A DNA stretch of 32,000 bases from Pseudodesulfovibrio piezophilus C1TLV30 (GCF_000341895.1 NC_020409.1:570001-602000), one strand, 5' to 3'; counted from the first letter of the stretch, positions 9,410 to 19,468 are shown. The notes: generated by a model from the sequence alone, not told the origin. Numbers and translations: made by a program.

Positions 9410-9937
9410 CTAGTCTACCCACCGCTTCATGGCATCTTCAAATAAGCCACGAGCTTTGAGAATATAGCTAATGGCTTCACGAACCGCACCATGGCCTCCA
9501 CGCTTAGTAGAGACCCAATCTGCAATCTCAAGAACTTCGGGCATGGCATTGGACACACTCATCGCGAGTCCGGCATATTTCATTACTCCGAGGTCAATCC
9601 AGTCATCTCCAATAAATGCAGCTTCAGATGGCTTTATTCCTATTTTATCACACATTTCAATCAAGTAAGGAACTTTTCGATGATTGCCAGCATAATAATG
9701 CTTAATACCAAGCTCAGAGATTCTTTTTTCAACCGGAGGTTGATCCAACCCGGTGATAACACCAATTTCAAGCCCTGCCGTCTGGGCGAGTTTGATACCG
9801 AGACCATCCTGAACATTAAACCGTTTCATGACCATACCTTCATTGGTATAGTACAAACCTCCATCTGTTAAAACCCCATCAACATCAAGCACAAGCAATT
9901 TTATATTCTGGGCAAGCTTGAAAGCACGATCAGCCAT
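9410..9937 (-). CDS. kdsC: 3-deoxy-D-manno-octulosonate 8-phosphate phosphatase (HAD-IIIA)
   Basis: DVDGVLTDG and GDDWIDL HAD motifs; 175 aa; 8-nt overlap with kdsA. Confidence 0.85.
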   Translation of the reverse strand: MADRAFKLAQNIKLLVLDVDGVLTDGGLYYTNEGMVMKRFNVQDGLGIKLAQTAGLEIGVITGLDQPPVEKRISELGIKHYYAGNHRKVPYLIEMCDKIGIKPSEAAFIGDDWIDLGVMKYAGLAMSVSNAMPEVLEIADWVSTKRGGHGAVREAISYILKARGLFEDAMKRWVD

Positions 9938-10739
9938 TATTCAACTCCCAAAGAGCCTTGAGGCGGGTGAGGAGAGCCTCCACAGCATCAAGTGGCAAAC
10001 TGTTCGGCCCATCACATTTTGCATTATCCGGATCAGGGTGGCACTCCATAAAAACCCCGTTTGCACCGGCGGCAACTGCAGCCGAAGCCAAAACAGGAAT
10101 ATATTCCCGCTGCCCTCCAGAGGCCTTGCCAAGCCCCCCCGGCAACTGGACCGAATGGGTTGCATCAAAAACTACTGGCACATCAAATTTTCGCATTTCA
10201 GGAATGGAGCGCATGTCTACAACCAAATTATTGTATCCATACGTTACCCCACGCTCTGTCAGCCAAATATTTTCATTACCCGAGGCCCGTAGCTTATTCA
10301 CGACATTTTCCATATCCCAAGGAGCAAGGAATTGGCCTTTTTTCACATTAACAATTTTGCCTGTCTTTGCTGCTGCAACAAGCAAATCTGTCTGCCTGCA
10401 TAAAAAAGCAGGAATTTGGAGAACGTCAGCGACCTCCGCAACCAAGGGGGCCTGTTCAGGATGATGAATATCCGTAACAATAGGAAGCCCGGTTTCAGCC
10501 TTGACCTCAGAAAGCAAACGCACGCCTTCCTGCATTCCAGGCCCTCGAAAACTCGTAACAGAAGTCCTGTTCGCCTTATCAAAAGAACTTTTAAAAACCA
10601 ACGGCAAACCGAGCCGATCTGCGATCGCTGCAAGCGTTGTCGCTGCACGCAGTACGATTTCACGGCTTTCAATGACACACGGTCCGGCCAGAATAAACGG
10701 ACCGGACCGACTTTTTTGATATAATTCGCTTAGAGCCAA
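9930..10739 (-). CDS. kdsA: 2-dehydro-3-deoxyphosphooctonate aldolase (KDO8P synthase)
   Basis: [20 protein letters not shown] and [11 protein letters not shown] motifs. The TTG start lies directly after the pyrG stop. Confidence 0.9.
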   Translation of the reverse strand: MALSELYQKSRSGPFILAGPCVIESREIVLRAATTLAAIADRLGLPLVFKSSFDKANRTSVTSFRGPGMQEGVRLLSEVKAETGLPIVTDIHHPEQAPLVAEVADVLQIPAFLCRQTDLLVAAAKTGKIVNVKKGQFLAPWDMENVVNKLRASGNENIWLTERGVTYGYNNLVVDMRSIPEMRKFDVPVVFDATHSVQLPGGLGKASGGQREYIPVLASAAVAAGANGVFMECHPDPDNAKCDGPNSLPLDAVEALLTRLKALWELNNG

Positions 10740-12413
<1,674 letters not shown>

Positions 12414-12555
12414 TTATAAAGAAAAAACATGAAAAAACTCATGTGCCGTCAATGTTGACTGTCACGCGCCGGGCAAGTATGTTCCTGCCCAACAATCGCT
12501 GCTTCGCAAATTTTGCAGGGTACAGCCACAAAGTCAATACGAAGAGGAGAATTTC

Positions 12556-13371
12556 ATGGCTCGCGTTAATGCTCTGGTAATTACCGGGTACGGTACGAAC
12601 TGTCACGACGAATCCGCCTATGCCCTTAAGACCGCAGGAGCGGACAGTGCAGACATAGTGTACTTTTCCGATCTCGCAGCCGGGCACGTCTCGATGGATA
12701 AATACAATTTCCTCCTCTGTCCTGGTGGATTTCTCGATGGAGATGACCTTGGGGCAGCACAAGCAGCTGCTCTACGGTGGAGATGGTCAAACACGCAGGA
12801 AGGTACTCCAATTCTTGATCAATTGAAAATGTTTTTTAAGAATGGAGGAGTCATTCTCGGCATCTGCAACGGTTTTCAATTGTTATGTAAATTGGGCTTA
12901 CTTCCAGCTGTGGGTGGAAAATATTTTGAACGTCAAGTTTCATTATCCCACAATGATTCGGGACGTTTTGAAGATCGGTGGGTCACATTAAAGACAAACC
13001 CGGACTCACCATGTGTTTTCACCAAAGGAATTGAGTATTTAGACGTTCCCATCCGGCACGGTGAAGGGAAAATCATCCCCATGGATGACGCGTTACTCGA
13101 GGAAATTATCAAGAACAATCTTCACGCAGTACAATACACAGACCCTAAAACGGGATCACCAACTCAAGAATATCCACTCAATCCTAATGGCTCCCCTCTT
13201 GGTATTGCGGGTCTGACAGACCCCACAGGTCGCATACTTGGCCTGATGCCTCATCCTGAAGCATACAACCACCCGACCAATCACCCTTCGTGGACAAGAA
13301 ATGAAGGCAACACGCAAACTCTTGGCCTCGCTGTGCTTGAAGCCGGGGTTAATTATCTTAAAGATCAATAA
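12556..13371 (+). CDS. purQ: Phosphoribosylformylglycinamidine synthase glutaminase subunit (PurQ-like class I GATase)
   Basis: GICNGFQLL nucleophile elbow, HGEG, MPHPE. GAGGAG SD 7 nt upstream of the ATG. Confidence 0.8.
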   Translation: MARVNALVITGYGTNCHDESAYALKTAGADSADIVYFSDLAAGHVSMDKYNFLLCPGGFLDGDDLGAAQAAALRWRWSNTQEGTPILDQLKMFFKNGGVILGICNGFQLLCKLGLLPAVGGKYFERQVSLSHNDSGRFEDRWVTLKTNPDSPCVFTKGIEYLDVPIRHGEGKIIPMDDALLEEIIKNNLHAVQYTDPKTGSPTQEYPLNPNGSPLGIAGLTDPTGRILGLMPHPEAYNHPTNHPSWTRNEGNTQTLGLAVLEAGVNYLKDQ

Positions 13372-13389
13372 TACCGAGTTAATACTAAC

Positions 13390-13878
13390 ATGCCCCTCCA
13401 CTCCCCTCCCCCACTCAACTGGCGATCACTGATGGATGTGGCTTTCGGTCAGGCATGCAAGGCGGCCCAAATTGGTGAAATTCCTGTGGGGGCCGCCCTT
13501 TTTACTTTGACCGGTGAATTAATAGCCCAAGCGCATAATCAACCGATAGGCCTGCATGACCCAACCGGACATGCTGAAATTCTCTGTTTACGCAAGGCTG
13601 CAACAACAGTACAAAATTATCGTCTTAAAGATACGATCCTTGCTGTAACCCTTGAACCATGCATCATGTGTACCGGTGCACTCATTCATGCACGAGTTGC
13701 AGGAGTTGTTATAGGAGCTCTTGATAAACGAACAGGCGCAATGCTCTCCAATCTGGACGGAGCAAAACTCTCATTTTCCAACCACCATATGTGGACAATC
13801 TCCGGAGTTATGGAAAACGAATGTTCATCAATCTTGAAACGCTTTTTCCTCAATAAACGAAACAAGCAACAGAAATGA
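13390..13878 (+). CDS. tadA: tRNA-specific adenosine deaminase
   Basis: Cytidine/deoxycytidylate deaminase zinc motifs HAEILCL and PCIMCTGA; ~160 aa. Confidence 0.85.
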   Translation: MPLHSPPPLNWRSLMDVAFGQACKAAQIGEIPVGAALFTLTGELIAQAHNQPIGLHDPTGHAEILCLRKAATTVQNYRLKDTILAVTLEPCIMCTGALIHARVAGVVIGALDKRTGAMLSNLDGAKLSFSNHHMWTISGVMENECSSILKRFFLNKRNKQQK

Positions 13879-14008
13879 AGAACTTATCTTATTTGTTAAT
13901 TTCATACCTGCACGATCTGATTATTGCTAAAGCTTTACAAAATCCATATCCAGGCTATTCTATTTCCGGCTTTCCCGTTGAAACAATAAAACAGCTCAGG
14001 AGAGAATA

Positions 14009-14365
14009 ATGAAAATAGCACTGCCGACTCGTGATGGTTGTATTGATGATCATTTTGGTCATTGTGACCATTACACAATCATTACTTTGGATAATGACAA
14101 CAAAATCGTTTCAAAAGAACCGATGGATTCACCCGAAGGCTGTGGATGCAAATCTGATATTGCTCCCATCCTTTCGCAAATGGGTGTGAAGGTTATGCTT
14201 GCTGGAAACATGGGACAAGGCGCTGTCAACATATTACAATCGAATAACATCAAAGTAATTCGAGGATGCTCCGGCGAAATCGACACTGTAGCAGCCAACT
14301 ATTTGGCGGGCAAAGTTGAAGATCAACTGATAGTCTGTGACCATCATGATTGTGCCAATCACTAA
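14009..14365 (+). CDS. NifX/NifB-family (dinitrogenase FeMo-cofactor binding domain) small protein
   Basis: MKIALPT..DDHFGHCDHYTII pattern typical of NifX/NifB C-terminal domain proteins. AGGAGAG SD lies upstream. Confidence 0.7.
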   Translation: MKIALPTRDGCIDDHFGHCDHYTIITLDNDNKIVSKEPMDSPEGCGCKSDIAPILSQMGVKVMLAGNMGQGAVNILQSNNIKVIRGCSGEIDTVAANYLAGKVEDQLIVCDHHDCANH

Positions 14366-14396
14366 ACGCATCGTTTAACACGAGTCTTTCAAAATA

Positions 14397-14438
14397 ACTC
14401 GGCGAAACCGGCAAAAGGACTTGCCAGCTTCGCCGAGT
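14397..14438 (+). terminator. Long hairpin downstream of the NifX-like gene (possible terminator)
   Basis: ACTCGGCGAA (14397-14406) pairs with TTCGCCGAGT (14429-14438), with an inner GGCAA/TTGCC stem. The downstream T-run is weak (CTGTTTA). Confidence 0.4.
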
Positions 14439-14486
14439 CTGTTTATAAGCGCTCGACATCAGTAAGGACAATTCTACTGAAGACAC

Positions 14487-14579
14487 GGAGAGGTAGCGAA
14501 GTCCGGCCGTAACGCGCTCGACTCGAAATCGAGTTATGGGTCAAACCATACGTGGGTTCGAATCCCACCCTCTCCGCCA
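14487..14579 (+). tRNA. tRNA-Ser (anticodon CGA), class II with long variable arm, encoded CCA
   Basis: Acceptor GGAGAGG/CCTCTCC, anticodon stem CTCGA/TCGAG with loop CT-CGA-AA, long variable arm, T-arm GTGGG-TTCGAAT-CCCAC, discriminator G plus CCA. Confidence 0.9.
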
Positions 14580-14580
14580 T
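14560..14580 (+). repeat. attL core (3' end of tRNA-Ser)
   Basis: GAATCCCACCCTCTCCGCCAT, repeated at 20739-20760 with one extra C. Confidence 0.8.
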
Positions 14581-14643
14581 TGACAGCTAAGTCATCATTA
14601 TGACTAAAAATATAAGTAATAAAGTAGGTTCCGACTCCAAGAG

Positions 14644-14664
14644 GGTACACCAATCTGGTACACC
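14644..14664 (+). repeat. Direct 8-mer repeat GGTACACC x2 (13-nt period) just upstream of the integrase SD
   Basis: GGTACACC at 14644-14651 and at 14657-14664. Candidate operator or arm-type site. Confidence 0.5.
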
Positions 14665-14677
14665 TGAGGAGTCTACT

Positions 14678-16351
14678 ATGACCAAACCAGCCTACTTATT
14701 TCGCTCCAAAACTGGACTGTTCTACTTCCGTAGGAAAGTTCCTGCTGACCTCCTGACCGTCTATGGTGGGAGGAAACAAATCAAAAGATCATTACAGACC
14801 CATGACCCTCAGGAAGCCTATGAGCTTGTGAGGATTGAGGCCGTGCGCTCTGACCAAGAGTTCACTGAGCATAGGAAGATCATCAAGAGAGACAATAGCA
14901 GGAGACCGTCTGAGTCTTCTACACCTATGTCTGTACCTGAGATGAAACGCCGTGCATTACTGATGAAGCAACACATGCTGGAAGTTGATGATGAGCTACG
15001 TGTTTCAGGTGGATTCATTGAAGATGAAGACCACGAAGGCTACCTCCTCAGGTCTCAGGAACAGCTTGATGACATCAAACAAGCCTATGCCCGTGGGGAT
15101 GTAGATGCAGTCAAATCCCATATAAGGGAATGGACGAAGAATGAATCTGACATCCCTTATGAAGTGTCCTTGGAGTACATGAAGGCTTTGATTGAAGCCA
15201 CTGAGATACAGCTTGCAAGGAAGCAAGGTGAGATCATACTTACACCTGAGGTTCCTCCAAGTGAGGATGAGATACAGGTGGAAGTACCTGACCAGACTCC
15301 CGACAAGATCAAAGGCAATACCCTACGGAGCGTCTTCAAGAAGTACGTCGAGGAGCGACAGCCCAAAGGGAATACCGCTCGTGACTACCTTGCCCATATC
15401 CATAGGTTCACTCAGGTCTTAGGGGTTGATGACATAGCCCTTGATGACGTTACCCCTACTCATATCCGTACATTCAAGGATGTACTGGTACAGCTTCCTG
15501 CACGGGTTCCCAGTGAGATGAAGGGAATGACTGTCCTTGAGATGGTCAAGGCCATGAAGGGACGGGATGATATAGCACCACTCTCCGCAAAGACTATCAA
15601 TGACAAGGCTCTGAGCGCACTCAGGGCGGTCTATGGCTATGCTGTGAGGAATGGCTACTGTGACCATAACCCTGCACAGGGCATCAAGGTAGAAGTCTCC
15701 CTGAGGAAGCAGAAGGCTGGCAGCGACAGACTCCCATACTCTGTTGAAGACATGAATAAGATATTTCGTTTCCCGGTCTACACCGAGAATGACAGACCCA
15801 TAGGCGGGAAAGGTGAAGCTGCATACTGGCTACCACTACTGGCTGCGTTCACTGGCGCACGACTTGAGGAGCTTGGTCAGATTACCAAGGACAACGTGAG
15901 GAAGGAACGAGGCGTTCACTACATTGACCTCAGGGAACTTGATGAAGCCAAGACTGAGAACAGTAAGCGCAGGATACCAATACACCCTGAACTGATTAAA
16001 CTTGGCTTCCTGACCTACGTGAAGTCCATTAAGAGTGGACGGATATTCCCCGACCTACAGCGAGGTAAGGATGGTAAACTGACCTCCTCATTCTCAAAAT
16101 GGTGGGGAAGATATGCCCGTCAACACGGTGGTTGGGGTAAAGAGAAAGTGTTCCATTCCTTCCGTCACGCTGCCAAGGATGGCTTCCGAGAAGGTGACGT
16201 AGCAGAAGACCTGAGGGATGAACTCATGGGTCATGCTCCTAGGACCGTAGGCGAGTCCTATGGGTCTGGTAGTTCAATCAAGAGATTGTCTGAGGGAATG
16301 AGTAGGCTTACTTATCCCGGTCTTGATCTGTCGCATTTGACGAAGTGGTAG
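14678..16351 (+). CDS. Tyrosine-type site-specific integrase (large, ~557 aa)
   Basis: GAGGAG SD 6 nt before ATG 14678 (the ORF track start 14600 is an alternative). The N-terminal GLFYFRRKVP segment is typical of island integrases. C-terminal catalytic pattern: GARLEEL (R), HSFRH (HxxR), MGH, ESYG (Y). Confidence 0.9.
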   Translation: MTKPAYLFRSKTGLFYFRRKVPADLLTVYGGRKQIKRSLQTHDPQEAYELVRIEAVRSDQEFTEHRKIIKRDNSRRPSESSTPMSVPEMKRRALLMKQHMLEVDDELRVSGGFIEDEDHEGYLLRSQEQLDDIKQAYARGDVDAVKSHIREWTKNESDIPYEVSLEYMKALIEATEIQLARKQGEIILTPEVPPSEDEIQVEVPDQTPDKIKGNTLRSVFKKYVEERQPKGNTARDYLAHIHRFTQVLGVDDIALDDVTPTHIRTFKDVLVQLPARVPSEMKGMTVLEMVKAMKGRDDIAPLSAKTINDKALSALRAVYGYAVRNGYCDHNPAQGIKVEVSLRKQKAGSDRLPYSVEDMNKIFRFPVYTENDRPIGGKGEAAYWLPLLAAFTGARLEELGQITKDNVRKERGVHYIDLRELDEAKTENSKRRIPIHPELIKLGFLTYVKSIKSGRIFPDLQRGKDGKLTSSFSKWWGRYARQHGGWGKEKVFHSFRHAAKDGFREGDVAEDLRDELMGHAPRTVGESYGSGSSIKRLSEGMSRLTYPGLDLSHLTKW

Positions 16352-17027
16352 ACTCAACAGCAACGTTGTGGGAAGGCCCGTCCATCACTTTCTGACCTAT
16401 CAAAGTACCTATTATTGAGAAGAAAGCCACTGGCACAGCGACGATCAGTCCAACCTTTATAGAGTCCTTATTTCTTTGAAGAAAGGAGGTAACTTCCTCT
16501 GGACCTTTGATATACACTTCTGCTTTGATTTGTAGGCTACGCATTTCATAATATGCCCAAGCCAAGTATGCAAAATTAATGGGAAGCATCCACAGAATTT
16601 CTACCAGAGTGATAGAGTCCTTCATTATGGATTTAATCGAAGCGTAACCAACTGGGATTATCAACAGATAGAATAACCACGAGTATCTATTTAAGATCGT
16701 CCTCTTTCTCTCTGCGGCTTGTAGTATGGCATCAATTTCATGGAAAGCCGCTATTGGTTCAGGAGCGTCACTCGAAATACTTAGTGAAGTGTTCTTGGAT
16801 ACTGAGAGGTAAACATAGGGGTTTGAAGAGTCTATTGTTAGGTAGTCTAGCTCCTTCCCTTTATTCACTTCTTTCAATTCATCAATACTATCAAAGACAT
16901 AATCCCCGTCACGTATCTCAATATCCTCAGAATACTTCAATAACACAGCAACAATTCGTTCAATATCACCGATGAACAGTTTAGGGGCGCGATAACGACC
17001 ACTAGGCAGCTTCCTGATTTTCCTCAT
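16308..17027 (-). CDS. Hypothetical membrane protein (soluble N-domain plus 3 predicted TM helices)
   Basis: GGAGAG SD before ATG 17027 (GTG 17060 is an alternative). TM candidates are YSWLFYLLIIPVGYASI, LVEILWMLPINFAYLAWAYY and VGLIVAVPVAFFSIIGTLIG. I recognise no family. The 3' end overlaps the integrase 3' end by 44 nt (convergent). Confidence 0.6.
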   Translation of the reverse strand: MRKIRKLPSGRYRAPKLFIGDIERIVAVLLKYSEDIEIRDGDYVFDSIDELKEVNKGKELDYLTIDSSNPYVYLSVSKNTSLSISSDAPEPIAAFHEIDAILQAAERKRTILNRYSWLFYLLIIPVGYASIKSIMKDSITLVEILWMLPINFAYLAWAYYEMRSLQIKAEVYIKGPEEVTSFLQRNKDSIKVGLIVAVPVAFFSIIGTLIGQKVMDGPSHNVAVESTTSSNATDQDRDK

Positions 17028-17231
17028 AATCTCTCCAAATCTTTCAATATGCCTTATCACTTACCCCAAATAAATTCGACTACAAAATGTGAAGGGATGT
17101 ATAATACGTATACAACCGCGATTCCCCCCTTGCCTACCTGTCTACCAGCCTGAGAGGGATTAATTCCTTCCTCTACACACCCACCACATTCTCTACAATC
17201 TGCCACCATTCCCGGCGTAATTCAGAGCTTG

Positions 17232-17254
17232 AACGCGACAGATAACGCGACAGA
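17232..17254 (+). repeat. Tandem 11-mer AACGCGACAGA x2 (12-nt period)
   Basis: AACGCGACAGA-t-AACGCGACAGA, read directly at 17232-17242 and 17244-17254. Confidence 0.8.
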
Positions 17255-17742
17255 CTCCCGGCAACCGTTGGTATCACTACATCTACACTAGATACTATAT
17301 CTCCTAGAGTAACATACTCGCCGCCATTCCCACCTGAATGAGCATGAATGGAGGGGCTGTATGACAGCCAGTAGCGACCCTGTAGCCATCCACCTCACTA
17401 TCCATATAAATCTGAGCCACTTGTCTCTTAGATATACCGGTACTGTGATTACTAGACACTTAAAGATAATGAAGCGCACCCATTGGGATGCACATGCGAA
17501 TTATCAAGTGCAGTATGCAGCCATATGTGAGGCTGACTTAGAGGATGCCTGAACAAATGATACAGTGCTTCGGCAAACAACATCTCCCTCACAGTCACCT
17601 CACATATGGTGGCTATACTCACACCCAATCATTTCTGAATGGCCTATCGACCTCTACCCTGAGGTCTACCCTTGTCTCTTCTCCATTCGTTTGGAGTTCA
17701 TGCGTGGAGTGCAAACCACGTATGTATTGCGACCCATGGCAG

Positions 17743-17777
17743 CGTCACTAGCTCTCCCTGCTAGTGGCGTTGTTGTG
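17743..17777 (+). terminator. Terminator-like or attenuator-like hairpin about 90 nt upstream of the island operon
   Basis: CGTCACTAGC (17743-17752) pairs with GCTAGTGGCG (17760-17769): 10 bp including one G-U, loop TCTCCCT. It is followed by TTGTTGTG. Confidence 0.4.
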
Positions 17778-17857
17778 CGTTGGTGAGGTGGTGTGGGAGG
17801 TCTATTCGTTTCAAATTCTGCACCCATAGGGTGACACAAACAGGAGGCATATCAACT

Positions 17858-18145
17858 ATGCACACGGCAGATGAACAGGCTGACAAGCCCACTAAGACGT
17901 ACCTGACAAGAGGTAAGGATTCTAAGCGGATGTACTTCTACTCCGATAAGATGACCCTCTACAACTTCTACCTCATCAAAGGGTTCTACACTGAGAACCT
18001 TGGAGGGCAGGAGGTATCCACCTCTATCATCATGCGGAGAGCCTTGGAGCTACTGGCAAGGAATGTAGAGGCTATCTCTGAGGCTGGCTCCCCGGTCAAT
18101 GAGGTGAAGGATGAACTCTCACTGTTGTTCAGGAAGGTGCAGTAG
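17858..18145 (+). CDS. Small putative ribbon-helix-helix DNA-binding protein (95 aa)
   Basis: AGGAGG SD 10 nt before ATG 17858. KRMYFYSDKMTLYNFYLIKGF...VSTSIIMRRALELLARN fits a beta-strand/helix/helix RHH layout. This is a fold guess from the sequence pattern only. Confidence 0.55.
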   Translation: MHTADEQADKPTKTYLTRGKDSKRMYFYSDKMTLYNFYLIKGFYTENLGGQEVSTSIIMRRALELLARNVEAISEAGSPVNEVKDELSLLFRKVQ

Positions 18146-18147
18146 AC

Positions 18148-18453
18148 ATGAACGTAGACGTAAACAACATGACCAAGGAACAGCAAGAGATGCACGAAGC
18201 CATGATGACTGAGCTATGGTTTGTGACTCTCACTGCCACCATTGCGACCATGAAGCTCCCTGCCGACCAGATCAAGGCGGCACAGTTAGCACAGGCGCGA
18301 GGGTTCCTACTCGACAATGGAATTACCTTTGAGAGCCTGAACCCAATGAGGGCGCAGGAAGCTATGCAACAGGCATACACAACCATATTGAAAGACCTCC
18401 CGACACCGGAGGAACTGGACGCACGATTAAATGGAGAACAACATGACCAGTAA
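18148..18453 (+). CDS. Hypothetical protein (101 aa), helical, no recognised family
   Basis: AGGAAGG SD; the ATG lies 2 nt after the preceding stop (translational coupling). Confidence 0.5.
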   Translation: MNVDVNNMTKEQQEMHEAMMTELWFVTLTATIATMKLPADQIKAAQLAQARGFLLDNGITFESLNPMRAQEAMQQAYTTILKDLPTPEELDARLNGEQHDQ

Positions 18454-18625
18454 GAAGCAAGAGATACGCAAAGATGGCACGACTGTACGGAAGACCTGTG
18501 ACAACGGCGGGAAGCTGCCTGTCCTCACTATTGTTGATGCACCTGTAGGGACTGACAAGGACTGTGACTACAAGACCAAGGTTCCTCAGGGGCTTGGGAA
18601 TGTGACGTTGGCGCGAGGCAAGTAG
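18443..18625 (+). CDS. Hypothetical small protein (60 aa)
   Basis: GGAGAA SD 4-5 nt before ATG 18443 (18431 is an alternative). It overlaps the previous gene's end, and the next gene's ATG directly abuts its stop. Confidence 0.4.
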   Translation: MTSKKQEIRKDGTTVRKTCDNGGKLPVLTIVDAPVGTDKDCDYKTKVPQGLGNVTLARGK

Positions 18626-18883
18626 ATGGCTATACCTGAGAAGTATCGAGGATTCACATACACAGGAAAGATTCTGACTCTGAAACCGGAAGAGAAGCTG
18701 ACTGATGAAGAGATAATAGAATGGTTGCGAAGTATGGAACGAATTGGACAACCTCAGGCACTATACCCCGCAGGACTCTTGCGAATTGCTGAGAGGACTG
18801 AGGATGGTCATTACTTACTCCCGCCTCCTGAGGTGTGGGTAGAGCCTACTCCGAGGAAGTGGAGAGACATTAAGGGAGACTGA
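18626..18883 (+). CDS. Hypothetical protein (85 aa)
   Basis: The ATG lies immediately after the TAG of the preceding gene; GAGG SD upstream; no recognised family. Confidence 0.5.
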   Translation: MAIPEKYRGFTYTGKILTLKPEEKLTDEEIIEWLRSMERIGQPQALYPAGLLRIAERTEDGHYLLPPPEVWVEPTPRKWRDIKGD

Positions 18884-18884
18884 T

Positions 18885-19343
18885 ATGACGAACAAACATG
18901 AGAGGCTTACCTTGGAAGCCAATGCGATCTTCGTCAGCGCACAGATACAGATAAGGCACAAACTCAATCCTGAACAGGTGGAGACCTACCGGAACAACTA
19001 CCTGAATGGTATTGATATGCCGCCTATTGAGATTGCTCTGTTAGGTAATAGATATTGGGTAGTGGACGGGTTCCACCGTCTAGCAGCTATGAAGACTATC
19101 AACCCTGCCTACCCTGTTGATGCAATTCTCTTGAAGGGAATGTCACAAGCCAAGGTTAGGTGGAGGGCTGCGTCTGCGAACATGCAACACGGCCTACCTC
19201 TGACACGTACTGAGAAGCAACAGGCGTTCAAGGTCTTTGTGGGTCTCAAGATGAACCGTAAGACTTCCAAGAGGAAGCCCCTGAGGGATTGCGGCCCTAA
19301 GGACTTCATGTCCAGAAGTGGGTTCACTTTATCGGACCACTGA
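18885..19343 (+). CDS. ParB/Srx N-terminal-domain protein, 3' end apparently interrupted by IS insertion
   Basis: YWVVDGFHRLAA (DGxHR ParB-like motif) and NMQHGLPLTRTEKQQAF. GGGAGA SD. The stop codon TGA 19341-19343 is the first three bases of the IS terminal inverted repeat. Confidence 0.65.
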   Translation: MTNKHERLTLEANAIFVSAQIQIRHKLNPEQVETYRNNYLNGIDMPPIEIALLGNRYWVVDGFHRLAAMKTINPAYPVDAILLKGMSQAKVRWRAASANMQHGLPLTRTEKQQAFKVFVGLKMNRKTSKRKPLRDCGPKDFMSRSGFTLSDH

Positions 19344-19392
19344 GCGGCGAATTTAAGGTGGACAGTTTTACGTGTTACGCCGCCTTGTGGGT

Positions 19393-19424
19393 CCATCCCA
19401 GAGGGGGTACCCCCTCTGGGATGG
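19393..19424. repeat. Perfect 32-nt palindrome inside the IS, downstream of orfB
   Basis: CCATCCCAGAGGGGGTACCCCCTCTGGGATGG; every position pairs (checked base by base). Confidence 0.9.
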
Positions 19425-19468
19425 GACCGCTTTGATATATCTCCATCGGCTTGCGTCCGTCAAAGGTC

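Noticed and set aside
12439-12762. A 107-aa minus-strand ORF overlapping the purQ start and the divergent promoter region.
   Set aside because: It overlaps a well-supported gene, is Cys/Arg-rich with odd composition, and has no SD.
17313-17786. Plus-strand frame open for 158 codons with a single in-frame TGA (17550-17552). I considered a selenoprotein or a readthrough gene.
   Set aside because: There is no SD. The peptide is unusually H/S/T/P/W-rich for a protein, and I saw no convincing SECIS-like hairpin right after the TGA. Skewed base composition (C-rich, purine-poor) can explain the scarcity of stop codons. I treated the region as non-coding.
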